NCBI GenBank assembly: GCA_963758715.1 | Contig: CAVWWK010000001.1 | Coordinates: forward strand, 257,448 to 321,447 | DNA length: 64,000 bases | DNA from: an uncultured Actinomycetes bacterium | Lineage (GTDB): Bacteria > Actinomycetota > UBA4738 > HRBIN12 | Direction: 5' to 3' | The notes under the pieces: generated by a model | Databases searched by the model: none | What the model was told of the DNA's origin: nothing | The model's input: only the letters and a program-made list of their open reading frames with translations | Translations under genes and position numbers: made by a program | In this document: piece after piece, positions 1-9,405 of the stretch | Position numbering within the stretch: the first letter of the stretch is position 1 | Layout of the letters: each line of letters starts with the position of its first letter

Positions 1-1
1 C

Positions 2-1120
2 GACGGATGGAACGAGGAGAACCCCGACGTCAAGATCGAGCCCCTGTTCGTCAACAACGACAAGGCCCTGCAGAAGCTGACCGTTGCCCTGCAGGGTGGT
101 GAGCCGCCGGACATCACCTATCAGTATGGATCGTCTCTGCCGCAGCTCGCGGCGGCTCCCGGGCTCGTCGATCTGACCGATTGGACGGCTTCCGAAGCTG
201 CGTCATGGGACGACTTCGTCCCCGGAGCGCGAACGGCCGCCACCTTCGAGGGCAAGGTGCTGGGCGTTCCGGCCCTGATAGACAACCTCGCTGTCGTCTA
301 CAACAAGGAGCTGTTCGACGAGGTCAAGCTCGACTATCCGAACGATTCATGGACCTGGGACGACTTCCGGGACGCGGCCAAGGCGCTCACCGATCCTTCC
401 CAGAAGCAGTTCGGCTTCTCCTACCCGATGGATGCCTCCGAAGACAGCGTGTGGCACTACATCCCGATGTTGTGGCAGAACGGTGGCTCGATCCTGACGG
501 AGGACGAGACGCAAGCAGCGTTCAACTCTCCCGAGGGCGTCGAGGCGCTCGATGTCCTCACCGGGATGGCCGTCGAGGACGAGTCGGTCTTCCTGGACAT
601 TCAGAACTCCTCGTACACGGGTCTGTTCAATAACGGCAAGATCGGCATGCTCGTCACCGGGCCGTGGGACCTGTCGAGCTTCCCCGACGTGGACTATGGC
701 GTGGAGGTCCTGCCCGGATTCGGCGGGGATCACCAGACGATCGCCGGCCCGGACATGTGGACCGTCTTCGACAACGGGGATGGCCGGGCGCAAGCCGCGA
801 TCGACTTCGTCTCGTGGCTCACCGCGCCCGAGCAGGTGAAGGCGGATGCGCTGGCTGCCGGCCACCTTCCGACCCGCCTGTCCGTCGTTGACGACGCCGC
901 ATTCGTCGAGGAGTTCGACGCAGCGTTCCCGGGCGTCGGGGTGTTCGCGGAGAACCTCAACAACGTGACTCAGGCCCGCCCGGTCCTCGCGGCCTACCCG
1001 CAGGTCTCCGAAGCGATGGGCCTCGCGATCGTCTCAGCCATGCTGGGAGAGAACGGCGTGCAAGCGGCCTTGGACGAGGCCGCTGCCCAGGCGAACGACG
1101 CCCTGGCGCTCGGCATCTAG
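2..1120 (+). CDS. ABC transporter extracellular solute-binding protein (carbohydrate type), 5' end outside window
   Basis: Frame 2 is open from base 2 (DGWNEENPDVKIEPLFVNND...) and runs into the listed 257..1120 ORF. Sugar SBP-like sequence, followed by two permeases and an ATPase. Confidence 0.85.
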   Translation, partial: DGWNEENPDVKIEPLFVNNDKALQKLTVALQGGEPPDITYQYGSSLPQLAAAPGLVDLTDWTASEAASWDDFVPGARTAATFEGKVLGVPALIDNLAVVYNKELFDEVKLDYPNDSWTWDDFRDAAKALTDPSQKQFGFSYPMDASEDSVWHYIPMLWQNGGSILTEDETQAAFNSPEGVEALDVLTGMAVEDESVFLDIQNSSYTGLFNNGKIGMLVTGPWDLSSFPDVDYGVEVLPGFGGDHQTIAGPDMWTVFDNGDGRAQAAIDFVSWLTAPEQVKADALAAGHLPTRLSVVDDAAFVEEFDAAFPGVGVFAENLNNVTQARPVLAAYPQVSEAMGLAIVSAMLGENGVQAALDEAAAQANDALALGI

Positions 1121-1158
1121 GCTGCGTAGGGCGACGAGGCCGCAGGGAAGGGAGACCG

Positions 1159-2070
1159 ATGGCGGACCGGTTCCGGCGATACCTCTCGTCGGATCATGTC
1201 GCCGGCTGGGCCTTCATCCTCCCGTCCGTGGTGCTGATCCTGGTGTTCGGGATCATCCCGATCGTCTCGGGGCTGGTCCTGTCGTTCCAGAAGGCGGGAT
1301 TGATCTCACCCGAGCGCGAATGGGTCGGGCTCGCGAACTACGCCCGGATCGCGGGCGATGACAAGGCGCGAGCGGCCGCCCTCAACACCATCTACTACAC
1401 CGTCTTGTTCGTCCCGCTCTCGATCATGCTTTCCCTGTTCGTGGCCCACGCCCTCAACAGGAAGATCGCGATGATCCGCTTCTACCGGTTGGCGGTGTTC
1501 CTGCCGGTCGTGACCTCGACCATCGCCACCGGGATCATGTTCCTGTGGCTGTTCGACCGGAACTTCGGTCTCGCCAACTGGCTGTTGGGCAAGATCGGGC
1601 TGGGCCCGTTCGGCTTCTTCGAGGAACCGAGCCAGGCGATGATCTCTCTCGTCGTCATGACCGTTTGGGGATGGCTGGGCTTCGACACGATCATCTACCT
1701 GGCTGCCCTGCAGGGCGTCCCTCGCGAGTTGACCGAGGCGGCTGCTATCGACGGCGCCGGCCGTTGGTCCTCGTTCTGGAACGTGACATGGCCGATGCTC
1801 GGACCCGCAACGCTGCTCCTGGTCGTGTGGTCGACGATCAGCGCCCTCCAGCTGTTCGACGAGGTGTTCTTCGTCACCAAGGGAGGGCCTCTCGGCAAGA
1901 CCTCCGTCGTCGTGTTCTACGTGTACCGCCTCGCGTTCGAGCAAGGCCTCGGCGGGCTCCAACTCGCGGGGTACGCCGCCGCGCTCGCATACGTCTTGTT
2001 CTTGGTGATCCTGGCGTTGACGCTCGCCCAGTTCTGGCTCGGCAACCGCGTGGTCCACTACCAGTCATGA
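1159..2070 (+). CDS. carbohydrate ABC transporter permease (MalF/UgpA-like)
   Basis: 303-aa ORF with multiple hydrophobic spans and an EAA-type loop (LTEAAAIDGAGRWSSFWNVTWPML). Confidence 0.9.
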   Translation: MADRFRRYLSSDHVAGWAFILPSVVLILVFGIIPIVSGLVLSFQKAGLISPEREWVGLANYARIAGDDKARAAALNTIYYTVLFVPLSIMLSLFVAHALNRKIAMIRFYRLAVFLPVVTSTIATGIMFLWLFDRNFGLANWLLGKIGLGPFGFFEEPSQAMISLVVMTVWGWLGFDTIIYLAALQGVPRELTEAAAIDGAGRWSSFWNVTWPMLGPATLLLVVWSTISALQLFDEVFFVTKGGPLGKTSVVVFYVYRLAFEQGLGGLQLAGYAAALAYVLFLVILALTLAQFWLGNRVVHYQS

Positions 2071-2987
2071 GCTCGGTCACGGCACCCTCCCGAGCACCCG
2101 CCGACCGTCATACGATCGATGCTCGAACCTTGAAGGGTGAGGTCGGGATGGTCGAGCCTCGCCGCCGAGGTTTCCTGCCCTTCGACGGTTGGCATCTAGT
2201 GCTGGCGCCTCTCGCGCTCGTGATGCTGCTGCCCTTCATCTGGATGGTCGTGACGTCGCTCGAGACTCCGGCGCAGACCCTACGGTTCCCTCCGACGTTG
2301 TGGCCGGGGACGCTCCGCTTCGAGAACTACCCGAACGCGCTCCGTCAATCGGCCTTCGGAACGTGGTTCTGGAACACGACCGTCGTCACGACGATCATCG
2401 TGCTCAGCAACCTGGTCCTGTGCTCACTCGCCGCATACGCGTTCGCGAGGATCCGCTTCCTCGGTCGCGGCGCGATCTACTTCCTGCTCCTGGCCACCCT
2501 CATGGTCCCGCTGCAGGTGGTGCTGATCCCGACGTTCCTGATCGTGAAGTCCCTGGGCCTGATCGACACCCTTGGCGCTCTCATCGTGCCCCACCTCGCG
2601 AGCGTGTTCGGCATCTTCATGCTGACCCAGTTCTTCCGCACGCTCCCGGTTGAGCTCGAGGAGGCGGCCCGGATCGACGGCGCCTCGCGGCTCAAGATCC
2701 TGGTCGCCATCGTGCTACCGCTGTCGGCGCCGGCCCTGGCAACCCTGGCGGTGATCCAGTTCATGTGGACCTGGAACGAGTTCCTGTGGCCGCTCGTAAC
2801 GATCCTGACGAATCAGGGTGCTTTCACCCTGCAGCTCGGGCTCGCGACCTTCCAGGGCGCGCACCAGACGCAATGGCATCTGCTCGCGGCGGCGAACCTG
2901 ATGTCGATGCTGCCGATCCTGGTGCTCTTCCTGCTCGCGCAGCGGTACTTCGTGCGCGGGATAGCCACCCAGGGCCTGAAGGGCTGA
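2067..2987 (+). CDS. carbohydrate ABC transporter permease (MalG/UgpE-like)
   Basis: C-terminal about 280-300 aa of listed ORF 1545..2987. EAA loop LEEAARIDGASRLKILVAIVLPL. ATG 2067 overlaps the upstream TGA (ATGA). Alternative start is ATG 2148. Confidence 0.85.
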   Translation: MSSVTAPSRAPADRHTIDARTLKGEVGMVEPRRRGFLPFDGWHLVLAPLALVMLLPFIWMVVTSLETPAQTLRFPPTLWPGTLRFENYPNALRQSAFGTWFWNTTVVTTIIVLSNLVLCSLAAYAFARIRFLGRGAIYFLLLATLMVPLQVVLIPTFLIVKSLGLIDTLGALIVPHLASVFGIFMLTQFFRTLPVELEEAARIDGASRLKILVAIVLPLSAPALATLAVIQFMWTWNEFLWPLVTILTNQGAFTLQLGLATFQGAHQTQWHLLAAANLMSMLPILVLFLLAQRYFVRGIATQGLKG

Positions 2988-2994
2988 TGGCTCG

Positions 2995-4122
2995 ATGGCC
3001 GAGGTTGCGTTCGATGCCGTTACCAAGGTCTACCCGGGTCCGGTCGTCGCCGTCGAGGAGTTCTCGCTCCAGGTTGCGGATGGCGAGTTCCTGATCCTCG
3101 TCGGCCCATCCGGATGCGGGAAGTCGACCGCACTCCGCATGGTCGCGGGGTTGGAGAAGATCAGTGCGGGGACGATCCGCGTCGGCGATCGCGTGATCAA
3201 CGACGTACCGCCCAAGGACCGTGACATCGCGATGGTCTTCCAGAACTACGCCCTCTACCCGCACATGACGGTGGAGAGGAACCTCGCGTTCGGCCTGCGG
3301 CAGCGGAAGACCCCGAAAGCAGAGACCCAGCGCCGAGTGAACGAGGCGGCTGGGCTGCTCGGACTCGGTGACCTGCTCCGGCGGAGGCCGGGGGAGCTCT
3401 CCGGCGGCCAGCGCCAGCGGGTCGCCATGGGGCGCGCCCTCGTGCGCGAGCCGGCGGTGTTCCTGCTCGACGAACCCCTGTCCAACCTCGACGCGAAGCT
3501 GCGCGTGCAGATGCGAGCCGAGCTCAAGAAGCTCCACTCGCGACTCGGCATCACCACGATCTACGTCACGCATGACCAAACGGAGGCCATGACGCTCGGG
3601 GATCGGGTGGCGGTGTTGTCAGAGGGGACGCTCCAGCAGAGCGGACCTCCCCAGGACGTCTACGACCGGCCGACCAATGTGTTCGTCGCCGGGTTCATAG
3701 GGTCGCCGCCGATGAACCTGCTGAAGGGGACGGTCACGGCCGGACGGATCGAGGCCGGCGATCTGGAGCTCGAGGGTGTGCGGGCTGCTGACGGCCCGGT
3801 GATCGTGGGCATCCGCCCCGAAGCGATCCGCCCTGTGAGTGAGGATCACCCCGGTCCCGGCTTCGAGGTGTCCGTCGATGTCTCAGAGCCCCTCGGGGAC
3901 GAGGTCCTCGTACACGGAACGGTGCAGGCTCGCACCGCCGGTGTGCGGATCGGGTCCGAGGAGCCGGCGATCTTGCCCGGTGATCACACCGAACGGGCAA
4001 CCGTCACCGTTCGCGTCGAGCCTCGCTTCCGGCCTTCACCCGGAGCGCGGCTTCACGCGGCCGTGGAACCGGGCGAGGTTCATCTGTTCGACGTGTCCTC
4101 CGGGGAGCGGCTGCCTTCATGA
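2995..4122 (+). CDS. ABC transporter ATP-binding protein (MalK/UgpC-like)
   Basis: Walker A GPSGCGKST, signature LSGGQRQRVAMGRAL, Walker B FLLDEPLSNLD, plus a C-terminal regulatory-type domain. Confidence 0.95.
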   Translation: MAEVAFDAVTKVYPGPVVAVEEFSLQVADGEFLILVGPSGCGKSTALRMVAGLEKISAGTIRVGDRVINDVPPKDRDIAMVFQNYALYPHMTVERNLAFGLRQRKTPKAETQRRVNEAAGLLGLGDLLRRRPGELSGGQRQRVAMGRALVREPAVFLLDEPLSNLDAKLRVQMRAELKKLHSRLGITTIYVTHDQTEAMTLGDRVAVLSEGTLQQSGPPQDVYDRPTNVFVAGFIGSPPMNLLKGTVTAGRIEAGDLELEGVRAADGPVIVGIRPEAIRPVSEDHPGPGFEVSVDVSEPLGDEVLVHGTVQARTAGVRIGSEEPAILPGDHTERATVTVRVEPRFRPSPGARLHAAVEPGEVHLFDVSSGERLPS

Positions 4123-6125
4123 TCGGGGGTCGAGCGCAGATGGCGATCGTCGTCGGGCTCTCGGCCCTCAGCCTCGCGCTGATCGCCGTGACCGCCTGGG
4201 CGCTCGCCACCCGAGAGTCGGGCTCCGCAGGACCTGCCGGCCAGGTGTTCTGGGTGGCGACCGACGGGGATGACTCGTCGCCCGGGAGCGAGGCCGAACC
4301 GTGGGCCACCCTCCAGCACGCCGCCGACGTGCTACCCCCGGGGGCCACGGTGTACGTGCGCGAGGGCGAATACCCGCAGCGCGTCGAGATCCACGTGTCG
4401 GGCGAGCCCGGCCGTCCGATAACGTTCGCAGCGGCCCCGGACGACCAGGTCGTGTTGGATGGCTCGTCGCTCGACGTCCCGGCCGAGCAGTCCGCGATGG
4501 TCGAGATCGATTCCGAGCGGTACATCACGATCCAAGGATTCGAGATCATGGGGTACCGCAGCGATCGGTCGGGCCGAGTCCCGATCGGCATCCTCGTGAC
4601 CGGAGCTTCGGACCACGTCCGAATCTCAGGGAACTCCGTGCACGACATGGGCACGACGTTCCCGGGTCGCAACGGCGGGGATGCTCACGGGATCGGTGTG
4701 TTCGGCACCACGGCCGATCACCCGATCGAGGAGATCGAGATCGTCGACAACGAGCTGGCGGACCTCACGCTGGGCTCGTCAGAGGCACTCGTCGTGAACG
4801 GCAACGTCGAGGACTTCCTCATCGAGCGGAACAGGGTCCACGACACGAACAACATCGGGATCGACGTCATCGGGTTCGAGGGCACGGCCCCGGATCCGAT
4901 CGTGGACCAGGCGCGCGACGGCATCGTGCGCGGCAACTCCGTCTGGAACATCGACAGCTATGGCAACCCCGCGTACGGACGCGATCGCAGCGCCGACGGG
5001 ATCTACGTCGACGGCGGCCGCGACATCCTGATCGAGGGCAACGTGGTCCACGATGTGAACATCGGGATCGAGCTCGCGAGCGAGCATGCCGGCCGTTCCA
5101 CCCGGAACGTCACGGTCCGCAGCAACGTCGTCTACGACGCGACCGCGATCGGCATCGCGATCGGCGGCTACGACCGGCGCCGAGGGAGCACCGAAGACAG
5201 CCTGATCGTGAACAACACGATCGTGAACACCGACGGTCCCGAGCTGCTCGTGCAGTTCGACACCCGCAACAACATGATCGCGAACAACGTGATCGTGGCG
5301 GGTCCTCAGCACGTCTTCGTGGAGAATCGCTACCGCGAGAACATGGGCAACGTGCTCGACGACAACCTGTACTACTCGATCGACGGAAGCCCGACAGGCA
5401 CGTGGCAGTGGAGGGGCGTCGACCACGACGACTTCGATACCTGGGCCGAGTCGTCGGGGAACGACGGCCGCTCGACCTTCGCCGATCCGCTGTTCGCCGA
5501 TCCTGAGGCGCACGACTACAGGCTCGAACCCGGTTCGCCTGCGATCGACGAAGGCGCGATCCTGGCCACGTCCGGCGCGATCGACATCGCCGGGGGGCCG
5601 CGCGCCCAGGGGGGAGGGATCGACCTTGGTGCTTTCGAGTTTGCGCCACCGCCGCCCTCTCCAACGCCATCGATCTCAGGACCCGTCACATACGCGGGCG
5701 ACCTCACGTGGGTCGACGTTTCGAACGGATGGGGACCGCCCGAGATCGACCGGAGCAACGGCGAGCGGGCCGGCGATGACGGCGCGCCGATCCGCATCGG
5801 GACGGCGGCGTTCGACCACGGGATCGGGGCGCACGCACCGTCGCGTATCGAGATCGCTCTCGATCGCGGTTGTTCGACTTTCCTGGCCGATGTCGGCCTG
5901 GACGAGGAGGTCGGCGATCGCGGCTCGGTCGTGTTCGAGGTGTTGGGGGACGGTGAGAGGCTCGCGACCAGCGGCGTGGTGCGAGGACCTCAGGCTCCGG
6001 TGCCGCTCATCGCCGACGTCGAGGGCGTCGAGCTCATGACGCTCGTCGCCAAGCCCGCCGGAGACGGAAATGCGTTCGATCATGCCGACTGGGGCGATGC
6101 ACGTCTCGGATGCGGGGCGGTCTGA
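4119..6125 (+). CDS. membrane-anchored/secreted right-handed beta-helix protein with C-terminal NPCBM-like carbohydrate-binding module
   Basis: N-terminal hydrophobic anchor and repeated N/D-x-V/I beta-helix turns (NNTIVNTDG, NNVIVAGP). C-terminus GWGPPEIDRSNGE...FDHGIGAHAPSRIEIAL resembles NPCBM. ATGA overlap with the ATPase gene. Confidence 0.7.
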   Translation: MIGGRAQMAIVVGLSALSLALIAVTAWALATRESGSAGPAGQVFWVATDGDDSSPGSEAEPWATLQHAADVLPPGATVYVREGEYPQRVEIHVSGEPGRPITFAAAPDDQVVLDGSSLDVPAEQSAMVEIDSERYITIQGFEIMGYRSDRSGRVPIGILVTGASDHVRISGNSVHDMGTTFPGRNGGDAHGIGVFGTTADHPIEEIEIVDNELADLTLGSSEALVVNGNVEDFLIERNRVHDTNNIGIDVIGFEGTAPDPIVDQARDGIVRGNSVWNIDSYGNPAYGRDRSADGIYVDGGRDILIEGNVVHDVNIGIELASEHAGRSTRNVTVRSNVVYDATAIGIAIGGYDRRRGSTEDSLIVNNTIVNTDGPELLVQFDTRNNMIANNVIVAGPQHVFVENRYRENMGNVLDDNLYYSIDGSPTGTWQWRGVDHDDFDTWAESSGNDGRSTFADPLFADPEAHDYRLEPGSPAIDEGAILATSGAIDIAGGPRAQGGGIDLGAFEFAPPPPSPTPSISGPVTYAGDLTWVDVSNGWGPPEIDRSNGERAGDDGAPIRIGTAAFDHGIGAHAPSRIEIALDRGCSTFLADVGLDEEVGDRGSVVFEVLGDGERLATSGVVRGPQAPVPLIADVEGVELMTLVAKPAGDGNAFDHADWGDARLGCGAV

Positions 6126-6153
6126 GGATGCGGTCGACGCTGGCGGGAACGAG

Positions 6154-7461
6154 ATGTCCGTCCTCACGTTGATCGGCGCGGGAAGCGCCGAGTTCACGGC
6201 GGAGCTCGTGACCGACTTCCTGAGCGTCGAGGCGCCGACGCAGGGGGAGTTCCGCCTGGTCGACATCGACCCGGCTCGGCTGGACCTGGCATGCCGGTTC
6301 ACCGAGCACCTCATCGAACGAACCGGAAGGGACTGGCGTGTGCGGGCCTCGACCGATCGCACCGAGCTGCTTCATGGAAGCGACGTCGTGATCAACACGA
6401 TCGAGGTGGCGGGGCTCGCGAACGTGCGCCACGACTACGACATCCCTCTGCGATACGGCGTGGACCAGTGCATCGGCGACACGATCGGACCGGGGGGGTT
6501 GTTCAAGGCATTCCGAACGATCCCGGCGTGGGTCGAGATCCTGCGCGACGTCGAGCGGTTGTGCCCGGAGGCGCTGGTGCTGAACCACACGAACCCGATG
6601 TCGATGATGGTGCTCGCGGCCTCGCGTGCTTCGGACGTGCCCGTCTACGGCATGTGCCACTCGGTGCACTTCACCGTGGAAACCCTGGCCGAGTACCTGG
6701 AGGTCGACATCGAGCGGCTCACGTTCCGCGCGGCCGGCGTGAACCACCTGGCGTGGATCACCGAGCTCTTGCTCGACGGGCAGGACGCGTATCCGGCGCT
6801 GCGCGAACGCGGCCGCGTGGCCGAGGTGTGGGAGCAGGATCCGGTGCGTTTCGAGCTGATGTTCCACCTGGGGCGGTTCCCCACCGAGTCGAGCGGTCAC
6901 GTCAGCGAGTACGTGCCGTACTTCCGCTCACGGCCCGGATCCCTCGCGCGTTACGTGCGTTCTGGGTACCGGGGGGAGTCCGGCTTCTACGCGAACAACT
7001 GGCCGGCGTGGCGAGCCGAGAGTGACGCGATGCTCGCGCGCGTGCTTGCGGGACAGGAGGAGTACGAGATGGAGCGCGGTGGCGAGTACCCGTCGCGGAT
7101 CGTCGAGGCGATGGCCACCGGCACCCCCGCTACCGTATTCGTGAACGTGCCGAACCACGGCCTGATCGACGGCTTGGATCCCGGCGGCGTGGTGGAGGTC
7201 GAGGCGGTCGTCGATGCTAACGGTCTCCATCCGCAGCCCTTCGGCGCGCTGCCGCCACAGCTCGCCGCGCTGGACCGCCGGCACCTGGAGGTGCACGATC
7301 TGGCCGTCACCGCGATCCTGGATCAGGACCGAGAGGCGGGAGTGCAGGCCCTGATGCTCGATCCGCTCACCTCGGCCGTGTGCCCGCCGGCCGACATCCG
7401 TGCGATGTTCGACGAGATGGTGGCGGCCGAGCGCGACGACCTTCCCCGATTCCTGTGGTGA
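6154..7461 (+). CDS. glycoside hydrolase family 4 (alpha-galactosidase/alpha-glucosidase/alpha-uronidase type)
   Basis: MSVLTLIGAGSAEFT Rossmann start, NPMSMM, CHSV and GVNHLAW motifs typical of NAD/Mn-dependent GH4. ATG at 6154 within listed ORF 6070..7461. Confidence 0.85.
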   Translation: MSVLTLIGAGSAEFTAELVTDFLSVEAPTQGEFRLVDIDPARLDLACRFTEHLIERTGRDWRVRASTDRTELLHGSDVVINTIEVAGLANVRHDYDIPLRYGVDQCIGDTIGPGGLFKAFRTIPAWVEILRDVERLCPEALVLNHTNPMSMMVLAASRASDVPVYGMCHSVHFTVETLAEYLEVDIERLTFRAAGVNHLAWITELLLDGQDAYPALRERGRVAEVWEQDPVRFELMFHLGRFPTESSGHVSEYVPYFRSRPGSLARYVRSGYRGESGFYANNWPAWRAESDAMLARVLAGQEEYEMERGGEYPSRIVEAMATGTPATVFVNVPNHGLIDGLDPGGVVEVEAVVDANGLHPQPFGALPPQLAALDRRHLEVHDLAVTAILDQDREAGVQALMLDPLTSAVCPPADIRAMFDEMVAAERDDLPRFLW

Positions 7462-8405
7462 CGTCCGGCGGGTCGCCGCTCGACCTGTTGGTGATCGGCG
7501 ACCTGAACCCGGATCTCATCGTGACCGGCGGGGATATGGTGCCGCGCTTCGGACAGGTCGAGCAGCTCGTTGAAAGCGCGGACCTCGTGCTGGGTGGCTC
7601 GGGCGCGATCGTCGCGAGCGGTGCGGCGAAGCTTGGCCTCTCGGTCGGACTCTGCGCCGTGGTCGGGGACGACGAACTCGGCGCGATGGTCCGCCGCTGG
7701 GTCGAGGGCGCCGGCGTCGACACGTCGCACGTCCGCATCGATCGGGATAGAGCCACCGGTGTCTCGGTCATCCTGGCCGCTCCCGGCGGTCGCGCGATCC
7801 TCACCTCGCCGGGAGCGATCGATTCGCTGGCGCCGGGCGACCTCGCGGGGCTGCCCGCCCGGTCCGCGCGACATGTGCATGCTGCGAGCACCTTCCTGAT
7901 GTCCCACGACGTCCGTGCCGCACTCCCGGAGACGTTGCGCCGGTTCTCGGCGGCGGGCGCGACGACGTCCGTCGACACGAACTGGGATCCTGCAGAGGAG
8001 TGGGAGACACGAGGGTTGCTCGAGGCCGCACACCTGTTCCTCCCGAACGCCGCCGAGCTCACGGCGATCACCGGTGAGCCGGACGTGGAGGGAGCGCTGG
8101 CCGCCTGGGCTCACCCTGCGGATGTCGCCGTCAAGCTCGGCGAGGCGGGGGGAGCGTGCCGCGCGGGGGAGACGTTCGTGCGCATCGCGGCGCCCCCCGT
8201 TCCCGGACTGGTCGACACGATCGGAGCGGGCGATGGGTTCGACGCGGGCTACCTGGCCGGGTTCCTGGGCGGACGGTCACCGGTTTCGTCGCTCGCCCTG
8301 GCCGTCGCGGTCGGGGCGCTCTCCACCCGGGGCGCCGGCGGCACGGCCGCGCAGCCGAACCTGGCCGAGGCGGAGCGATGCGCGACAACGCTCGTGACCG
8401 GCTAG
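7458..8405 (+). CDS. PfkB-family carbohydrate kinase
   Basis: DLLVIGDLNPDLIV N-terminus and DTIGAGDGFDAG ATP-site motif. GTG 7458 overlaps the GH4 stop (GTGA). Confidence 0.85.
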   Translation: MTSGGSPLDLLVIGDLNPDLIVTGGDMVPRFGQVEQLVESADLVLGGSGAIVASGAAKLGLSVGLCAVVGDDELGAMVRRWVEGAGVDTSHVRIDRDRATGVSVILAAPGGRAILTSPGAIDSLAPGDLAGLPARSARHVHAASTFLMSHDVRAALPETLRRFSAAGATTSVDTNWDPAEEWETRGLLEAAHLFLPNAAELTAITGEPDVEGALAAWAHPADVAVKLGEAGGACRAGETFVRIAAPPVPGLVDTIGAGDGFDAGYLAGFLGGRSPVSSLALAVAVGALSTRGAGGTAAQPNLAEAERCATTLVTG

Positions 8406-8442
8406 CATCGCGCCGACGGCATCGCCCGTCGGAGGAGGAGAG

Positions 8443-9348
8443 ATGGCGCTCGGGTACGAGGGACAGCTCTACATCCTGGCGTTCGATCATCGTGGGTCAT
8501 TCCAACGCAAGTTCTTCGGGATCGAAGGTGCGCCGGGACCCGATGAGGCCGTGCGCATCATCGACGCCAAGAAGGTGATCTTCGAGGGCATGCGCAAGGC
8601 GCTGGTCGACGGTGTCGATCGGAGCGCCGCCGGCATCCTGGTCGACGAGCAGTTCGGCACCGAGGTGGCGACCGCGGCCAAGCGTGACGGCATCACGCTG
8701 GCGATGCCGACGGAGAAGTCTGGACAGGACGAGTTCGACTTCGAGTACGGGTCGGAGTTCACCGCGCACATCGAGGCGTTCGATCCCGACTTCACCAAGG
8801 TGCTCGTGCGCTACAACCCCCAGGGCAACGGAGCGACGAACGCCCGGCAGGCGGGGCGCTTGAAGGAGCTCTCGGACTGGCTGCACCATACCGGCCGCAG
8901 GTTCCTGTTCGAGCTGTTGGTGCCGGCAGAGCCGCACCAGCTGGAGGCCGTGGTCAACGACGTCGGGCGCTTCGACCGCGAGGTGCGGCCGCACCTGATG
9001 AAGGTCGCGATCGCCGAGCTCCAGGGAGCAGGCGTCGAGCCCGACATCTGGAAGATCGAGGGCCTCGACGAACCCGACCACTGCGCCGAGGTTTCCGAGC
9101 AGTGCCGGATCGGAGGGCGCGACGGCGTGGCGTGCGTGGTGCTCGGGCGGGGCGCCGACGACGCGGCGGTCGACACGTGGTTGCGCGCTGCCCGCGGGGT
9201 CCCCGGGTACAGGGGGTTCGCGATCGGCCGCTCGATCTGGTGGGACCCGCTGATGTTCTTCGTGGAGGGCGCGCTGCCTCGGGAGGAAGCGGTCGTGCGT
9301 ATCGCGAATAACTACCGCCGGTTCGTCGCCGTGTGGGAACAGGGCTGA
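8443..9348 (+). CDS. DUF2090 / LacD-like class I aldolase-fold protein (as fused to IolC in many actinobacteria)
   Basis: LYILAFDHRGSFQRKFFG, IWKIEG and FAIGRSIWW resemble the DUF2090 family. Lies directly downstream of the PfkB kinase. Confidence 0.65.
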   Translation: MALGYEGQLYILAFDHRGSFQRKFFGIEGAPGPDEAVRIIDAKKVIFEGMRKALVDGVDRSAAGILVDEQFGTEVATAAKRDGITLAMPTEKSGQDEFDFEYGSEFTAHIEAFDPDFTKVLVRYNPQGNGATNARQAGRLKELSDWLHHTGRRFLFELLVPAEPHQLEAVVNDVGRFDREVRPHLMKVAIAELQGAGVEPDIWKIEGLDEPDHCAEVSEQCRIGGRDGVACVVLGRGADDAAVDTWLRAARGVPGYRGFAIGRSIWWDPLMFFVEGALPREEAVVRIANNYRRFVAVWEQG

Positions 9349-9405
9349 AGAAGAGACGAAGACGTCCCAGGAGACAGCGGCTCGGCATCGGGATCCCGGA
9401 AACGC

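Noticed and set aside
347-2058. Long antisense or overlapping ORFs inside the SBP and permease genes (347..865, 1306..2058 and others). Similar Arg/Pro-rich ORFs occur throughout the track.
   Set aside because: These are typical stop-poor alternative frames of GC-rich DNA. Their translations are low-complexity Arg/Pro/Gly/Ala, while the annotated frame has clear family motifs.
1545-2987. 480-aa ORF read as a single protein
   Set aside because: The first about 175-200 codons overlap permease 1 in another frame and are Arg-rich nonsense. Permease homology starts near 2067/2148.
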